Assembly (NCBI RefSeq): GCF_009914755.1
Contig: NC_060932.1
DNA: 64,000 nucleotides
Source: the human T2T-CHM13v2.0 reference genome, Homo sapiens
Strand: one strand, 5' to 3'
Shown here: positions 11,517 to 25,184 of the stretch, piece by piece
How positions within the stretch are numbered: the first letter of the stretch is position 1
Layout: the number at the start of each line of letters is the position of its first letter
Translations under genes and position numbers: made by a program
The notes under the pieces: model-generated
The model's input: the letters and a program-made list of their open reading frames with translations, nothing else
Database searches by the model: none
What the model was told of the DNA's origin: nothing

Positions 11517-12887
11517 TATGTATGTTAGTAATCATAATATACATGCCTATGTACCTAGACATTATATACATACGAGTGTGTATGTACATTTTTGCCTATA
11601 AATATGATAGTGAGAGCCAAATCATGTTATTATAAAAAACTAGAACTAGCAATAATAGATTTATTTGTATTCATGAACACTAACTGAGATCAACTCTAAA
11701 AATTAAATATGAATCCCCAAATACTTGAGAATACTCATGACAGCTCAAGCAAAGAATGAGAGCCTTCAAAAACTTCGTAAGTTTATTTGGCTTCCACAAA
11801 TTCCGACATCTTCAGATTATTCCTCTCAGACCCTGGTATCTTTAGAAAAATGTATGTGTTAAGTTCCACAGTGGTTTACAGCAGACTAGACAGTTCCAAG
11901 AGAGGTCAGTGCTGGTTCTTAACCTCAGCAAGTTTGACCTCACACCTAAATGTCCCTAACTTTCTGTCACCTTTCCCCTTACCCAACCCTGGCACCCTCT
12001 TCTTTCCTTTGGATTTCCTCTTTCTGGTCTTATTTCTTGTGATTCAGGATTTGTACCCTAATGGACTGGAGTTCATTCCCAGCCTCTCCCCATCACTGAC
12101 TTGGGCACTGCCTCTGCTTCATTATTTCAGCCTTGTTAGTTACTAAACTTCCTCTCTCCTCAGACAGCAGCTGTACCTATCCTTATAGAAAAGGAAACAA
12201 ATCAGTCAGTCTCATGTCACCAGAGGACATCCTTGAGGAATCTCCACTGGTAATTAATCAGCAAGGATACCTTTGAAATGGAAAGTTTGCATATCAGTTT
12301 CCTTAGCATGACGGAGCATTTCAAAGATTTTCCCAGACACCTCTATCATAAATACGTGGTCTTCCTTGGGTTCAGGCTGTGGATTCTTGATGGTAGGAGC
12401 TCTGCGTTACTGGGCACTTTAACAGAGCTCACCAGTGTGGAGGCATCTGGACAGATGAACGAATAGATAAATGAATGAGCAGGATGTGAAATTGCCCATT
12501 CTTGTTTGTCATTGCAGCGGTCTGTTTCCTTCCAAGTCCTGGAATTCTAATGCGGGTGATTTAATTCCATATGTTTCCCCATCAATCAAGAGAATTTTTG
12601 TTTGACTCAGAGTGAAAGGTGCATTGGTCTTGCTGGTGGGGAAGATAGTAAAACAGGCAACTGGGCAGTGAGTGATTGGGAAGGAAAGGGAGACTGCAGA
12701 GCAAAAAAGCATTTTCACAAGGACACATTTGGAGAAAGACTAGAAGGCATGGAAAGCAAATGTTTATTTCAAACAATACCTGTGGTTTCTTAGAAGGAAT
12801 ATGTTGATTCAGGGAGTCTACAGTGTCCATCTTAGGAGATGTCCCGGTAGGGGTATGCTAAAATGGAATGAGGCACAGAGCACTATT

Positions 12888-13080
12888 TCTTTTATATTTA
12901 TATTTAAACATGTTATCAATTATATGTGTAATATATATTATATATATTTTATATGTTATATAATACAATATTTTATTATAATATATATTTTATATATTAT
13001 ATAATACAATATATTATTATGTAATATATATTTTTTATATACAATATATATTTTATATATATATATACACACACACACAT
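12888..13080. repeat. AT-rich (TA)n low-complexity tract ending in (CA)n
   Basis: Degenerate TATAT/ATATT units, then (TA)n(CA)n at about 13055-13079. Confidence 0.9.
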
Positions 13081-14152
13081 AGTTCTTAAAACATAGGGAA
13101 AGAACAATTTAAAAAGTGTGCCAATAAGCCAGGCAAGGTAAAGAGAAATAAAAATTTTAATGTTTATTTTTATGAATTTACCATTTGTAAATGTAGCTTC
13201 ATTCATTCTTGCAAACTTTTTTGTTGTTTTTGAGAGCCACCATGAAGTGGGCACAGTGAACCTAGGTGACAACATCCTAGTCGTCTCTGGTCTCTGTTGT
13301 GCCTTCCGAATGGGGAGAAACAGACAAGAGAGGAAGAGACAGAGTCTGTTGGACATTGTTGGGTGTTATAGAGAAAAAGAAGGTGGGGGAAGGATGAGAA
13401 GTGAGCCGTGGTTGTTGGATGGTGATACACATCTGTGTACAGACCTGGAGGAGCTGAATGAGGGAACTGTGCTGATGGCAAGGGAAGGACATTCCAGATG
13501 GAATCTAGAGAGCAGACTGTGCCTAGGCTCTAACGTAGGTACCAGCTTGCTGTGCAAGGACACCAGAACAGAGGGGGTCAGATGCTGTGCAAATGAAAGC
13601 ATGCTACAGTACTTAAAAGGGGACCCAGTGACTCAGGTGCCTCCATCATCGTCTTACTGTGGTGGAATTCCCACTCTTGCCCTTGGGACACCTCATTTCT
13701 AACTACTCAACATGTGTCTGCCTAACATGACCACATGGGGCCACCAACAACCTTACATAAAATACTATAAACATTATTTTATTTGGACAAAAATAAATAT
13801 GGGATATACGTTTTAACATTTTCTTTCTGCATTCAGTGAGTGTTCTCGTGCATTATATTTTAGGGATCATTCCTCGTACCCCTCACTCTCACTGTATGTT
13901 ATGATGACTTATTGGTTACCATATAATTACTTCACCATTTAAATACTTCTTAATTAGACTGGGCATGGCATTATTTCAAATTCTACTCTGAGTCTCAGGC
14001 TACATTGCTTTCCAACTACCTCTCCCCAGTGTATGTTAGAAACATCTAGATGCAAGAATAATTTTAAATACAGTGATACAATGACTTCTCTACTGGAAAT
14101 AAGCTATCCTGCTCCATTTCGAAACAAACTAGCCAAATAAATGAAAGGACAG

Positions 14153-14360
14153 AGTGTGTTTGTGCATGTGTATGAATGTGTGTGTATATGTATGTGTATT
14201 TGTTTCTTATGTGTGTATGTATGCATGTGCATATGTGTATATAATTGTGTATGCATGTGAGTGTATGTATTTTTGTGGATATATGTGAATCAATGCATGA
14301 CTGTGTGACTGTATGTGTATGTGTGTGCTTGTGTGTCTGTCTGTCTGTCTGTCTGTCTGT
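14153..14360. repeat. Compound (TG)n/(TATG)n/(TCTG)n microsatellite
   Basis: Degenerate TG/TATG array ending in a perfect (TCTG) run at about 14335-14359. Confidence 0.9.
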
Positions 14361-14600
14361 GAGCCAGTTCATGAGGGCCTTCTGGACACGCAATTCTTGC
14401 ACCAGCTAAAGGGATTTGAGCTGAGAAGTGGTGTGACTTGACATAGGTTTTGCAAGCATCACTGTGGCTGCTCTTTTGAGAATGGAGGGAGGGAAGCAAG
14501 CAGGGAGTACAGCTTGAGGCTACTGTAATACCCAGGTAAGGGAAGATCACGCCTTGGTTCAATGTGGAAGTGATAGAGATACGGAGGAGAAAGTGAGAAT
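14361..14600 (-). mobile_element. L2 fragment
   Basis: 'catcactgtggctgct...gaggctactgtaatacccaggtaagggaagat' is antisense L2. Confidence 0.65.
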
Positions 14601-14604
14601 TGAT

Positions 14605-14770
14605 CCAGAATCCTGGGTGTCAGTCCCAATTCTGCAATATACCAGCTAGGAGACCCTGATCACCTCATTCAACCTTTAGCTTTTCCTATCTATTTTGTCT
14701 CCTCCAAAGAGGCATTGTGAAACTAAAACAAGGTGACAATATATAGAAGCATTTCCCAAACTCTGAACAT
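14605..14770 (+). mobile_element. MIR fragment
   Basis: 'cctgggtgtcagtcccaattctgc...gaccctgatcacctcattcaacct'. Confidence 0.5.
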
Positions 14771-14911
14771 CTCTTTAGTCAAGCATGTTGCCCAGAGCAG
14801 GATTTCACAAACATTGAATCAAATTAGTGGATCATAGAATTAGTTTAGTGGGTCACATTCAGCATTTAAGAATAACAGAATAAAAGAGAACAGATGAGAC
14901 ATAATGTTTGG

Positions 14912-15160
14912 GAAACATCATCATGGATGTTAAAGAATGAGATTTTGAGCCAGACAACCCTGCATTCCAAGCCCCATGTCAACCACTGACCTGTTGTTTG
15001 GCACTCCACACGTTAATGTATCTCTCTAGTCCTGTGTACTTATCTGAAAAGTTGATACATTTAAAAAAAATTCCTGCCTCATGAAATTTTGTAATTAAAT
15101 GAGTTAGTAGACTTAAAGTGCTTAGCAATATACTTGGCATATAGTAAGCCCTCAATAAAA
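14912..15160 (+). mobile_element. MIR (near full length)
   Basis: 5' 'ttttgagccagacaaccctgcattccaagccc'; 3' 'taaagtgcttagcaatatacttggcatatagtaagccctcaataaa'. Confidence 0.75.
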
Positions 15161-17386
15161 TAATTCTTAAAGATTATAGTAATTATAGATTAACAGGTAC
15201 AAAACCAGTGTGTAAATTACTATTTACCAAATTAGTACATTATATTGTTAAGTGATCAAAACAGACAAGTGCATGATTTAGAAATGTTTACAGGATTTCA
15301 AATGAATTTGTTTATATCTAAGTTCTCCTTAGTGACTCAAACCTAAAAGAACAGAAATATTCCTCACAGTATTTGCTATATTTCCAGTGTTTCCACATAC
15401 ATCTCTAATCTGTCTAAGCTGACAGAGACCAAAAAAAAAAAAAAAAGACTTATTTTTTTGTGCCTTTTACTGAAGTCATTCTACCAAAAAGCGCATTCTA
15501 CCGCACGCAGTCAGTTATCAACCCAAGTTCTCCTTCCTTGGACGATTAGTCATTATTGCCGCTCTCCTCACCTACTCATCCTAGAAGACTTTTCAGAATT
15601 TTGTATTGCCAGATTCTCTCAGAGTCAAGCTTTCCAACCTCAGGACCCCCCATGCACTTGGTTTAAATAGAGACTGATTTATTTAATAATGAGTTTAGTA
15701 TAGAACTGTTTTCCTTCTTAAGTGTTTAGTTTTAAGATGGCAAGGAAATTCTTGTCTGTCTTTTCAGTTAACATTAGTCATAGTTCATCCTTCTACCCTA
15801 TTAGGTCATACATAGAATTCTACTGTGCCTTTGGGAGTTGCAAGATTTATTCTTTCATCAAGCTGGACATCCTACTGTTCCCCACAGAGCTTTTGCAAAC
15901 ACTTGCCTCATTTCTTCTGTTTGTTCACTGATTTAGGTAGCAAATACAGTGAGCAATCCAAGGTCCTCTGTATCTGACGTATTAATGCAATGCATGTCTT
16001 CCATACTAGGTGTTATCTTTAATGTTTATTTTCCTAAGTGCTTTGTCATCCTCTAAAATCCTCAGCTTCTTTATAAACAAATGAATAAATAATGTAGAAA
16101 AACAGCCATTAACAAGATCACAGTATAGTTCTATAATATTTAGTGAATATAGTCTAATGTCTTTGTAGCTGACTAATCAGTTCACTATTTTTTTATACTA
16201 AATGAAATTTAATGGTTTATGAGCTTTGCCTTGATTGCAGTAATTAGTAAATGAAAATGTGTTTGCATTTCCACCTGTGTGTTTGCATTTCCCAAGTCTT
16301 TTCTCACAAGGGAACCCTATACTAATAGCTCTAATCAAGGCCAACTACCTCACACACACAGTCAACAAATCTAAAAAAAATAGTAATACAGATAGTACAG
16401 TTTTTTCATGCTTTGAGTAAAATTCAGTTTCTTCTTTCATGCCAACATGTGTATTTTATGTAAGAAAACTCTAGCTTATAAAAAAAAACTTCTTACTATA
16501 AAAGAGTGATAGATAGAAAACAACACATATTTTTTGGAGAAAAATGAAAAGGATTCTTTAAGCTTCATGGTTTTGTTGAATGTAAAATAGACTTTATCAA
16601 ATAGCATTAGCATGTAGATATTTTCAGAAGCATGCATGAAGAGTCCATCTCTATGTGTATTTTCCTAGTGGTTCATAACAAGAGGAGAAACATTTTTAAA
16701 AAGAAAGTTAAGAGAAGAATAGTGACTGTACTGCCTTAGGATCTTATATTCACATTAAATTAGCATTCATTTACTTGTCTCTTCTTTATGAGGTAATTCC
16801 CTGTGAATTTCATGAGCTTTCCATTGCTTTCCTACCAAACATCAACTAAACTCTATCTGGTGATTTAATGATCACTTTACATTTTGTCAGGGAGACTAAT
16901 AAGCAAAGAAGTTTTGAGCATTCAGGAAAATGGTATAAAATGTGAATTCTATCTTTATGATTAAAATAACAGAAAAACAAAACAAACAAAACTGAAATAT
17001 CCACATCTTTTCCTCTCCCTAGTTCAACTGCCATCTTCCATTGGCGGGTTTCCTGAGGGATAGAGCCGTATCTCTCTGAGGTCAGATGGTTGCGGAAATA
17101 GGAGGAGGAAAGAGGGGGACTTCCTCAGTTGTAAGAGGTGGATGGTAATTAATATTGTAACCTATTTTAACGTAACTTTTCCTGGTAAAGTGGGTTTGTT
17201 AATTATCTAATTATAATCAAACCAACCCCCACAAAATGACAAAAAGAGTAAAAACAAAACCTACACAAAATCTATATTAAAAAAAAGAATACCAAGAAGA
17301 CAAGTACACATGACCAGTGAGAAAACACAGTAGCCCATCAAGCTACAGACATCATTGCACTTCCAAGACAGGCAATGCTCTAACAG

Positions 17387-18021
17387 CGAAGCAGCATCAT
17401 CTGCTGGGGTAATTTCCAAGGTCCGTTGCCTCATGCCAAAGAAATCAAGGACACAGACACACAAGGAGTGAGTTTAAGAGCAGAGGTTTAATAGGCGAAA
17501 GAAAGAGAAAAGCTCTCTCTCTTGCAGAGAGAGGGGCTCCCAAGTGGGTGTCCTGGTTCAGGGGTGAAATGCATTGGGTTTTATAGACTAGTTCAAGGCT
17601 GTGATATCTGATTTACATAGGGCCCAAAAGATTGGTTGGACCAGGTGTGCCATTTACATAGAGCAGGAAGAAGCTTGCTGCCCCACCCTAATCTTTTATT
17701 ACGCACATGGGTTCTCTACCTGGCCCCGCCATGTTGCCTGTTCCTTTACCGTATACGTGGTTGACAAAGAAAGGGGAAGATGGAGACTCCGTGTTGAACA
17801 GGCCTGGCCCCCAGGTAGCCTCTTCCTGTTAGCACCGCTGCCGGCTTTCAACTGTGCAAACTTCTAGCTTGCTTTTCTATGTCTGCAGCTTGAATTTTCA
17901 GGCTGCTCTTTGTTCGAAAAGAAATGATTTGGGGAATGCTTTTTATTGAAAGGAAAACCTTACAGAAGATTCTCTTACCCTCACTAACTACCTAGATAAT
18001 TTCTTTTTAGTTCCTGTATCA
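17387..18021 (-). mobile_element. ERV1 solo LTR, LTR9-like (HUERS-P3 family)
   Basis: The minus strand begins TGATACAGGAACTAAAAAGAAATTATCTAGG and ends ...ATGCTGCTTCG (consensus-like ...GCTTCA). CCAAT, TATAAAA and ATTAAA lie in LTR order. Family name from recalled consensus. Confidence 0.8.
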
Positions 18022-18249
18022 GTAGGAACCCACAGCAAGTGCTGCTTTTGAGAGCGGAAACGCAAGCTATGGAAGGAGTGTTAGTGTGAAGAGTTTTTTG
18101 AAAATATTTCCATTTTTTTTCATGATTCGTGTTTCAGAAAATTGTATACGTATATCCATACTAAAGGCTTTTTATATTTACAGACTGAAAAAAATAGCAT
18201 ATTGAAAATAAATTTCAAAATCTCCACAATGAGGAATTACATTAAATCA

Positions 18250-19128
18250 TTTTATAATTTGGAACAATTTTAGATTTTTAGAAAAATTGCCAAAATAGTA
18301 CAGAGGGTTTCCAAATATCCTGTACCCAGTTGTATTATTAACATCTTACATTAGTGTAGTATGTTTGTTACAATTAATGAAGAAGTATTGCTATGTTATT
18401 ACTAGGTCTATACTTTTAAAACATTTTCCTAGTTTTTACATCATGTTCTTTATTTTCCAGAATTTCATCCAATATATCACATTTCATTTAGCTGTTATTT
18501 CTCTTTAAAATTCTTTTGGCCATGATAGTTTCTCAGACTTTGTTTTTGATGACCTTGACAGTTTTGAAGAATCCTGGTGGTGTGTTCTAAATGTTTGTGC
18601 CTGCCCCCTACACCCCCGCATTCATACGTTGAAACCTAATCCCCATCCCCAGTGTGACAGTGTTAGGTGAGAGCTTTGGGAAGTGATCAGAGATGAATGC
18701 CTTTATAGAAGAAGTCCAAGAGAGCTGCCATGTTACTCCCACCATGGGAGGATACAACAAGATAATGTCATCTATGAATCAAAGAGCAAGCCCTCACCAG
18801 CTGCAAAATCTGCTGGTGCCTTGACCTTGGACTTTGCAGCCTCTAGAACTGAAAGACATACATTTCTGTTGTTTCTAAGTTACTCAGTCTAAGGCATTTT
18901 GTTCTAGCAGCCTGAACAGATGAAGACAGCTAGTCAGGTATTTAATAGATGCCCCTCAATTGAGATTTGTCAGAGTTTTTTTGTTTGTTTGTTTCATGAT
19001 TAGACTGGAGTCATAGGTTTTCAGGAGGAAGACCACAGAGGTAAAGTGCCATTTTCATCACTTCATATCAAGGTTACATGTTATCAATAGTGATTATTAC
19101 TGTCTGTGTTAACCTTAATCACCTGAGT
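18250..19128 (-). mobile_element. Old L1M (L1MC/MD-like) 3' region, split by an MLT1A LTR
   Basis: 'gatgaccttgacagttttgaagaatcctgg' resumes after the LTR as 'gtcaggtattt...ggaagaccacagaggtaaagtgccattttcatca'. Confidence 0.75.
18578..18928 (+). mobile_element. MLT1A-like MaLR solo LTR
   Basis: 'aaatctgctggtgccttgaccttggactttgcagcctctagaactg...ttttgttctagcagcctgaacagatgaagaca'. Confidence 0.85.
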
Positions 19129-20837
19129 GTACACTATGTTTTGAACACATTTGTTACAAATATAAGTTGCAATATCTTTCAACTAATTTGTTAGAAAAAC
19201 TGACTTACATGATGTCAGATGATACTTTAATATCTCCATTTTATATCCAAACTTTTGTATGTTATGTGGATGGGATAGTAAGCATAGCCGATGATTCCTT
19301 TTCTTCCATTTTTGAAGTATCAGAGATTTTCCATTATGATGGCCATGTAAAGTAAATATTAAAACTGTCTGAAGTTAGATACAAATACCCAAATTGCTGT
19401 CTGATAAAGAATTCAACAAAGATTTTTTTTTAAAATAGGCATATTCAATCATATTCAAAATTATAAAATGGGTTTCTTTAATAAATAAATTAAAAATACA
19501 AAGATAAAAGTATATTTTAATTAATAAAATAAAAACGAAATATAGTTGCTTTTGCCTCTTTATTTTTATTTTTTTCAGATTACAGGGTTTTTTATTTGTT
19601 AAGCAGTATCATTCTCTGAAAGAATGCAGCACATAATATGTCTTAAAAGAAGTTTACTTAGATTTACCTTTTATTTGCATTTATTTACTTTTAACCTCAT
19701 ATCTTATATACCCATACATAGGAACATATATTATATATCCATAAAAATGAAAGTTAAAACCTTCTTAAAAGTTCCCCATTCGTTTCAAATGCCTTTTTTG
19801 CAATGCCTCTGAAGTGCTGAAGCAATCCGTGATTCAGGCTCTTCTATAAAAACTTGAATTTGGGGATTTGAAAAAGCTCATTTAATCATCCAAAGTACTT
19901 GCAAAATGGAAAACCAGAGATCAGAGAAGGGTCATAACTTTTAGAAACAGAGCTAGGATTATATCCCACCCTTTCGAATCAGCTAGATATAGGCTCTTGC
20001 CTCAAATCTGACATTTTGATGAACTTAGCTCAGATATTTAATTTGGATGGGCTGCAATTGCTTTATGAACAAAGTGGGTTTAACATATAGTTAATATCAA
20101 GATAAAGCCTAAACTATTAGCTCATGCTTACACTCAATAAATATTAGTTATATCCCCTCTTTTTTCTTCCATATTCTCTGCCATTCAACCACCCCACAAT
20201 AGAAATGACAAAATTATTTATTTGAGAAAAAAGTACCATCATGCTTTTAAATTATGTAACAATAAGTTTTGTTTCTCTCCTTGACTTTGCTGTTTGAGAT
20301 TCTTTTAGGAAAGTGATCATGACTTTGCTTTAGTTACACTGTAAGTATTACTAAAGCCTTGCACAGAAGCACACTGGTCTTGAGGCAAACCTGGTGTAAG
20401 TCATTAATCCCTGCAGCACCTTCTTGGTTATAGCAACAGTAATAAAGGCAATAAGGAATACTTAAATACTCACGTGGGTCATCTACATTTGTCCCTGGCT
20501 TCAAGTCTCTGTTAGGTGTCTGGAAGCCTTTGAACCTCAGCCTCTAGTCCTCAAAGGTCTTTTACACCATCCAAGACTTTAAGTAGAGCCTTAAATCTAC
20601 TTAACATCTTCCTCTCCCAGCCAATGGGTTAGAGACAGTTTCTTATATCGCTAATCTGTAGATTACCTCATCTTCCCCTTCTATTCTGTCAGTTAACTCA
20701 AAATTCTCTAGCATTTTCCAATATTAAACACTCTCTGTCTCTGTTTAGAATATTCACAATCAGGTCTGTATTTTTCTCCAACCAGCTTTTGTTTGGTACC
20801 ATTATTCAACACAGAAGGTGAGATATATGCAGTAATG

Positions 20838-21132
20838 TTTTTATTTTTTTTAGACAGAGTCTCACTCTGTCACCCAAGCTGGAGCGAAGTGGAACAATCT
20901 CACCTCACTGCAACCTCTGCCTCCTGGCAGGGTTCAAATGATTCTCCTGCTTCAGCCTCCCAACTAGCTGGGACTACAGGCGCATGCCTCCACACCCAGC
21001 TAATTTCTGTATTTTTAGTAGACACGGGGTTTCACCATGTTAGCCAGGCTGGTCTCAAACTCCTGAGAGCAGTCTGCCCACCTCAGCCTCCCAGAGTGCT
21101 GGAATTACAGGTGTGAGCCACTGCTCCTGGCC
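20838..21132 (-). mobile_element. Alu (old S or J-like)
   Basis: Full antisense dimer ending 'gtgagccactgctcctggcc'. Confidence 0.93.
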
Positions 21133-21844
21133 AATAATTTTAAAAAATAATTATATTCATAATATTATTTTTGGGGATCTTAAAACATAAATGTGTAAAA
21201 TTTTGATAGAAAAGTAACTACTTCTGAGAATCTAAAGATCATACATTTTTGGAGTTTAACTCAAACAATAATGAAAATATATCAAATTTTGAGCAATCCC
21301 CTGAAATTGTAATTGTACTCTAAATTTCTATCAGGGAATAAAACTGAACAATTCTTAGTTTTGTTAGTTGTCTGAGATAATCTCCAGAAAAGAACTAATT
21401 TTTTAACACGAAGGGAAAACACTAAAATCAACAGAAAAAAAATTAGTAGGAAGCAGAAAAGTACAAAAAGCAAAAATTAAAAATAATCATTTCTCTCTTA
21501 TGTGTTTCTTTGCTTTTGAAATCAGTGATTTTGGTTGATGAATAAGTTAACTGAACAATGAGGGTGCGTGCGTGTCTGTATTCTTTAAACAATAAAAAGA
21601 GTTGGTATTTTTGTTTTGCTAATTTGGTTATAAAAATATTTTAATCCCTGAAAACTCTAGCAGCAGATCAACAAACACGTGACATTACAGGATTGTTTTC
21701 TGAAAGAGTTAATAAAAGATGATTTAAAATATATTGCTTCAGGTAGTTTCATTATTAAAAAACACTAGCTTAAAATTGGTGGAATATCTTTGTATGTTAG
21801 ATAGTGGAACTTAAATTCTTACTTCAATCAGAAATAAAAATTCA

Positions 21845-21912
21845 TATATATTTATATATTTATCCATATATATGTATTTATATATTTATCCATATATATA
21901 TATATATTTATC
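21845..21912. repeat. (TA)n-rich low-complexity tract
   Basis: Repeated 'tatatatttatccatatata' units. Confidence 0.85.
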
Positions 21913-24524
21913 TGATCTAAAAGTGAACCAAATGGATATTCTGTTACAATATATGATCCCAGAGAGACAAGTACATCAGCCAAATTCTTCCTGCAGAGGC
22001 TGAAATTGTAGCATCCTGCGACCCTCTTTAAATATGGAAAATTATTCCAACCTCTTTCACTTTTCTTGAGTGTTGGCCACAGGTAGCTAAAACAAGTCCT
22101 CCGAACTGTTTTCTCTATGCCCAAATCCAGATGAATGCTCCCTGGGCCTAAGTGATAGGATAGCATCTCCGCTGCCTATTTGCAAATCGGTTAGTCTGGG
22201 TGCCTTGTCGTCACATTCTGTGATTTGTGTGTGAGACATTTACAATTTATGATTAATTCAGTAATTATTTTAGTAGAATAGCGATCATCTTTTCCAGTTC
22301 TGAGAATATCATACGTATCCTACTTTTACATGCATATTTTAATGCATTTCCCACGTAGGCTATTGGTTGATGTCTCCACGCTGGTGTTACTTAAAGATGC
22401 TTAGTATTTGTTCGCTGATGGCAGAAAGATGGAAACAGATTTGTTTTCTGTAATGCATTTGTCCTCCACTAAAAGCATTGATATGAAGAAGAAAGAAGGG
22501 AAGATAATAATTGAGACATTGCTTTATCATTCTCAGTACACTCCCTTGCATTTCTGTGCTATACTTAAATGAAATCTCAGACTCACTCGTGAATTAGCAA
22601 CACCTCTCTCAGAGGAAAATGTGACCACTCTGTTCTTCGAAGTGATTTCTCTTATGTCATCTTTGTCGAAACCCTTCCATCCACTTAAGAGCTCCCCTCC
22701 TGCATTCCATTTCTACTTTCTAATTTACAGATACGGAGCCACTAAATCTCTACTTCTTGTTCTACTCATATTATGAATCTGTAACTCTTCTGGACATTTC
22801 AATGTCCTTTTAGGAATGCAGCAGACTTTTTAAATTGTTCGCCATTTATTGGTTTCAAGTACGTGGTGAGAGAGATTTAGGAGACTTTCTGAAGCAGTGT
22901 ATCATTTTCTTTGTGTGCATAGTAATCATTTTTTTTCATGGTTACTTCCTGTGTTTATAGAGACATGCTTATTTTATTTGGGTAATGATTAGCCTTAATA
23001 TAAAAAAAGGAACTGAGAATACAGGAATTTAAAATGTTTAGTAAGAATGATTATATTATAGTTAGAAAGGAAAACCTGTTAAGTGTAATGAAAAGTTGAA
23101 CTAAAAATTTGTGCTTAAATTTTGCATTTTGATTTTCAGCCTCTTATGTGTGCCGAAGACTCAAGCATAGGTTTATTGTATTATAAACAAAACGAAATCA
23201 ACCTGGAAAAGATTAATATCTATGTGCTGGGAATATTCCCTCCTAACCAGGGTGTCTAGAAGCTGTATCAACTGGGAGAATCCAGTGAGTAGATAGTTTG
23301 ATTACCTAGTTTCGGAAGATTAAATTTAATAGTTCTGCTACGAGAATATCATGGAAAGGCTTCAGAGCTTTCTTATTTTCTTTCTTGATCAGGTCATTGC
23401 ATCTTTATTCCCTCATGATCTTTTTTTTAATCTTCAATTCTTTTTCATCTTGCCGTCCATTTTAGCTTCAAAGGCTGATTCTTATCTTATTCCAAATATA
23501 TTTACCAAGTACCATTCATCAAAACAATGACTACAAACCTTTCCCATGTAAGCGATTATATAGCTTAACCAAGAAGACAAACAGTAAAATGATTATTTGC
23601 TTAAAGTTATTTTGAAAGACACTTACCTTGTCTCAGCTGAGCACATTTGCTGATGCATGAGGCTGGCAGAGGCTGCGGTGTGTGGTTCTATCAGCAGCAG
23701 CACCCATTCTAAGCCAATAGTCTGTGTCTTTGATCATTTGCTGCAAGTTTTGGAGTATCATTGAAGACTGCCTTGAGGTATGCTCTTTGGATTATAGTGC
23801 CAGCATGAAAAGAATATTTTGGTTTGCCTGTCAATTGGTGGGGCTTCTCCCCTCCCCATAATAAGCTGGGACTATGACAAATTCCTACCCTGAGTCAAAC
23901 ATCCAAATCTCTACATTCTTTGTAGTGAACCTCAGAGAGGATCTGTGGTCGGGTTTGGAGTAACTACAAGCTTTATCATGCCCTGAAGGCACAAGTCAAA
24001 GGAGGATAGGGCAGGAGCTTGCCCATAATGAGGAAGCTTGCAGAGCAAAGGAGGGGAACCTGTCATCACACGGCTCCGGGTTTCTCCTTGAAGATAGTGA
24101 GGTTGTCTGTGGGGTCAGAGAGAAAAGTTGACTTGTCCGACAAAGAGATGGCAGGTGGTTTCTGCTTCCTCTGTGCATTTCTGAGTGCCCTTTGCCGTCT
24201 GCATCCAGGGAACCTAAGGACTGAAGGCCTTGGGAGGGGACCGTGCACTTAGCATTTGCTAGCTCTCTTTGCTGGCCAAGGCTTCGCTAACGCTTTGACT
24301 TTCTAGACTTCAAACTGTAGGGATCTCCTGCATGTGCCCACTCCTCCTTGATCTTGGGCACACTCCCCAGGATTAGCCTTGCATTCTCCTGACCTTGAAT
24401 ATCTTCCAGACACCTCCTGAGCCAAGCTAGCTATTTAGCCTTGGCTTTCCTTGCATGCTTGTTTCTTCATAACTCAATGATAATGATGATGAAATTTATG
24501 ATATCTTAGTAGTAGTAGTAATAC

Positions 24525-24765
24525 AGTGATAGCTTCTTCTATTGAATCTTACTATGTTCCAGACCCTATTCTAAGTGCTAAACGGGTATTAGCCATTAAT
24601 TATTTCCAAAAAATAATTGATGTTGCTGTTACCACCACTTTCCCAATGACAAAATAAAGCACAAGTTGGGCTAGGTAATCAGTGCAAGGTTATATGATGA
24701 GTAGGAGGTGATGATGAGATTTGACCCCAGATATCTTGGGTTCAGAGTTAAGGCTTTTTACTCAG
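24525..24765 (-). mobile_element. MIR
   Basis: 'tattgaatcttactatgttccagaccctattctaagtgct...gagatttgaccccagatatct'. Confidence 0.7.
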
Positions 24766-25184
24766 TGTTTTATTTCATTCCTTTTCGGGATTTTCATTTG
24801 AATGACTCATTTACCTAATAGTTGTTAATTATTTTCTGTGTGCCTGTGACATATAAATACAAATGACCTCTACTTTCAAAGACTTTGTATTTTAGTTTGA
24901 GAAAAATAAGCTGCTTTCATGGAAATTTTAAAACTCCGTTAGGTACGCAATTTGTTTTTTTTCCTTGGAATACCCTTACCACTCTGACTAATTTTCTAGT
25001 CTGTAAAATGCACTTCTTACGCACTTTGGCATTGAATGAAACAATGTCCATGAAAGCATTTTGCAAACTGAAAAAGCTGTACATATGCCGTATGGTGTAG
25101 TAATGACACTGTGGCTTTTTATGTGTAGTCCTAAAACACATAAGCTGCTTTCCCTCTTCAACAGTGGAGTTCATCTTTTTAGCC

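Noticed and set aside
13160-13702. Longest + strand ORF (180 aa) and a strong Kozak GCCACCATG at about 13235
   Set aside because: No recognisable domain or coding-like composition; the Kozak ATG is in another frame and stops after 5 codons.
17383-18025. TSD for the LTR9-like element
   Set aside because: The flanks acag and gtag match at only 2 of 4 positions; not claimed.
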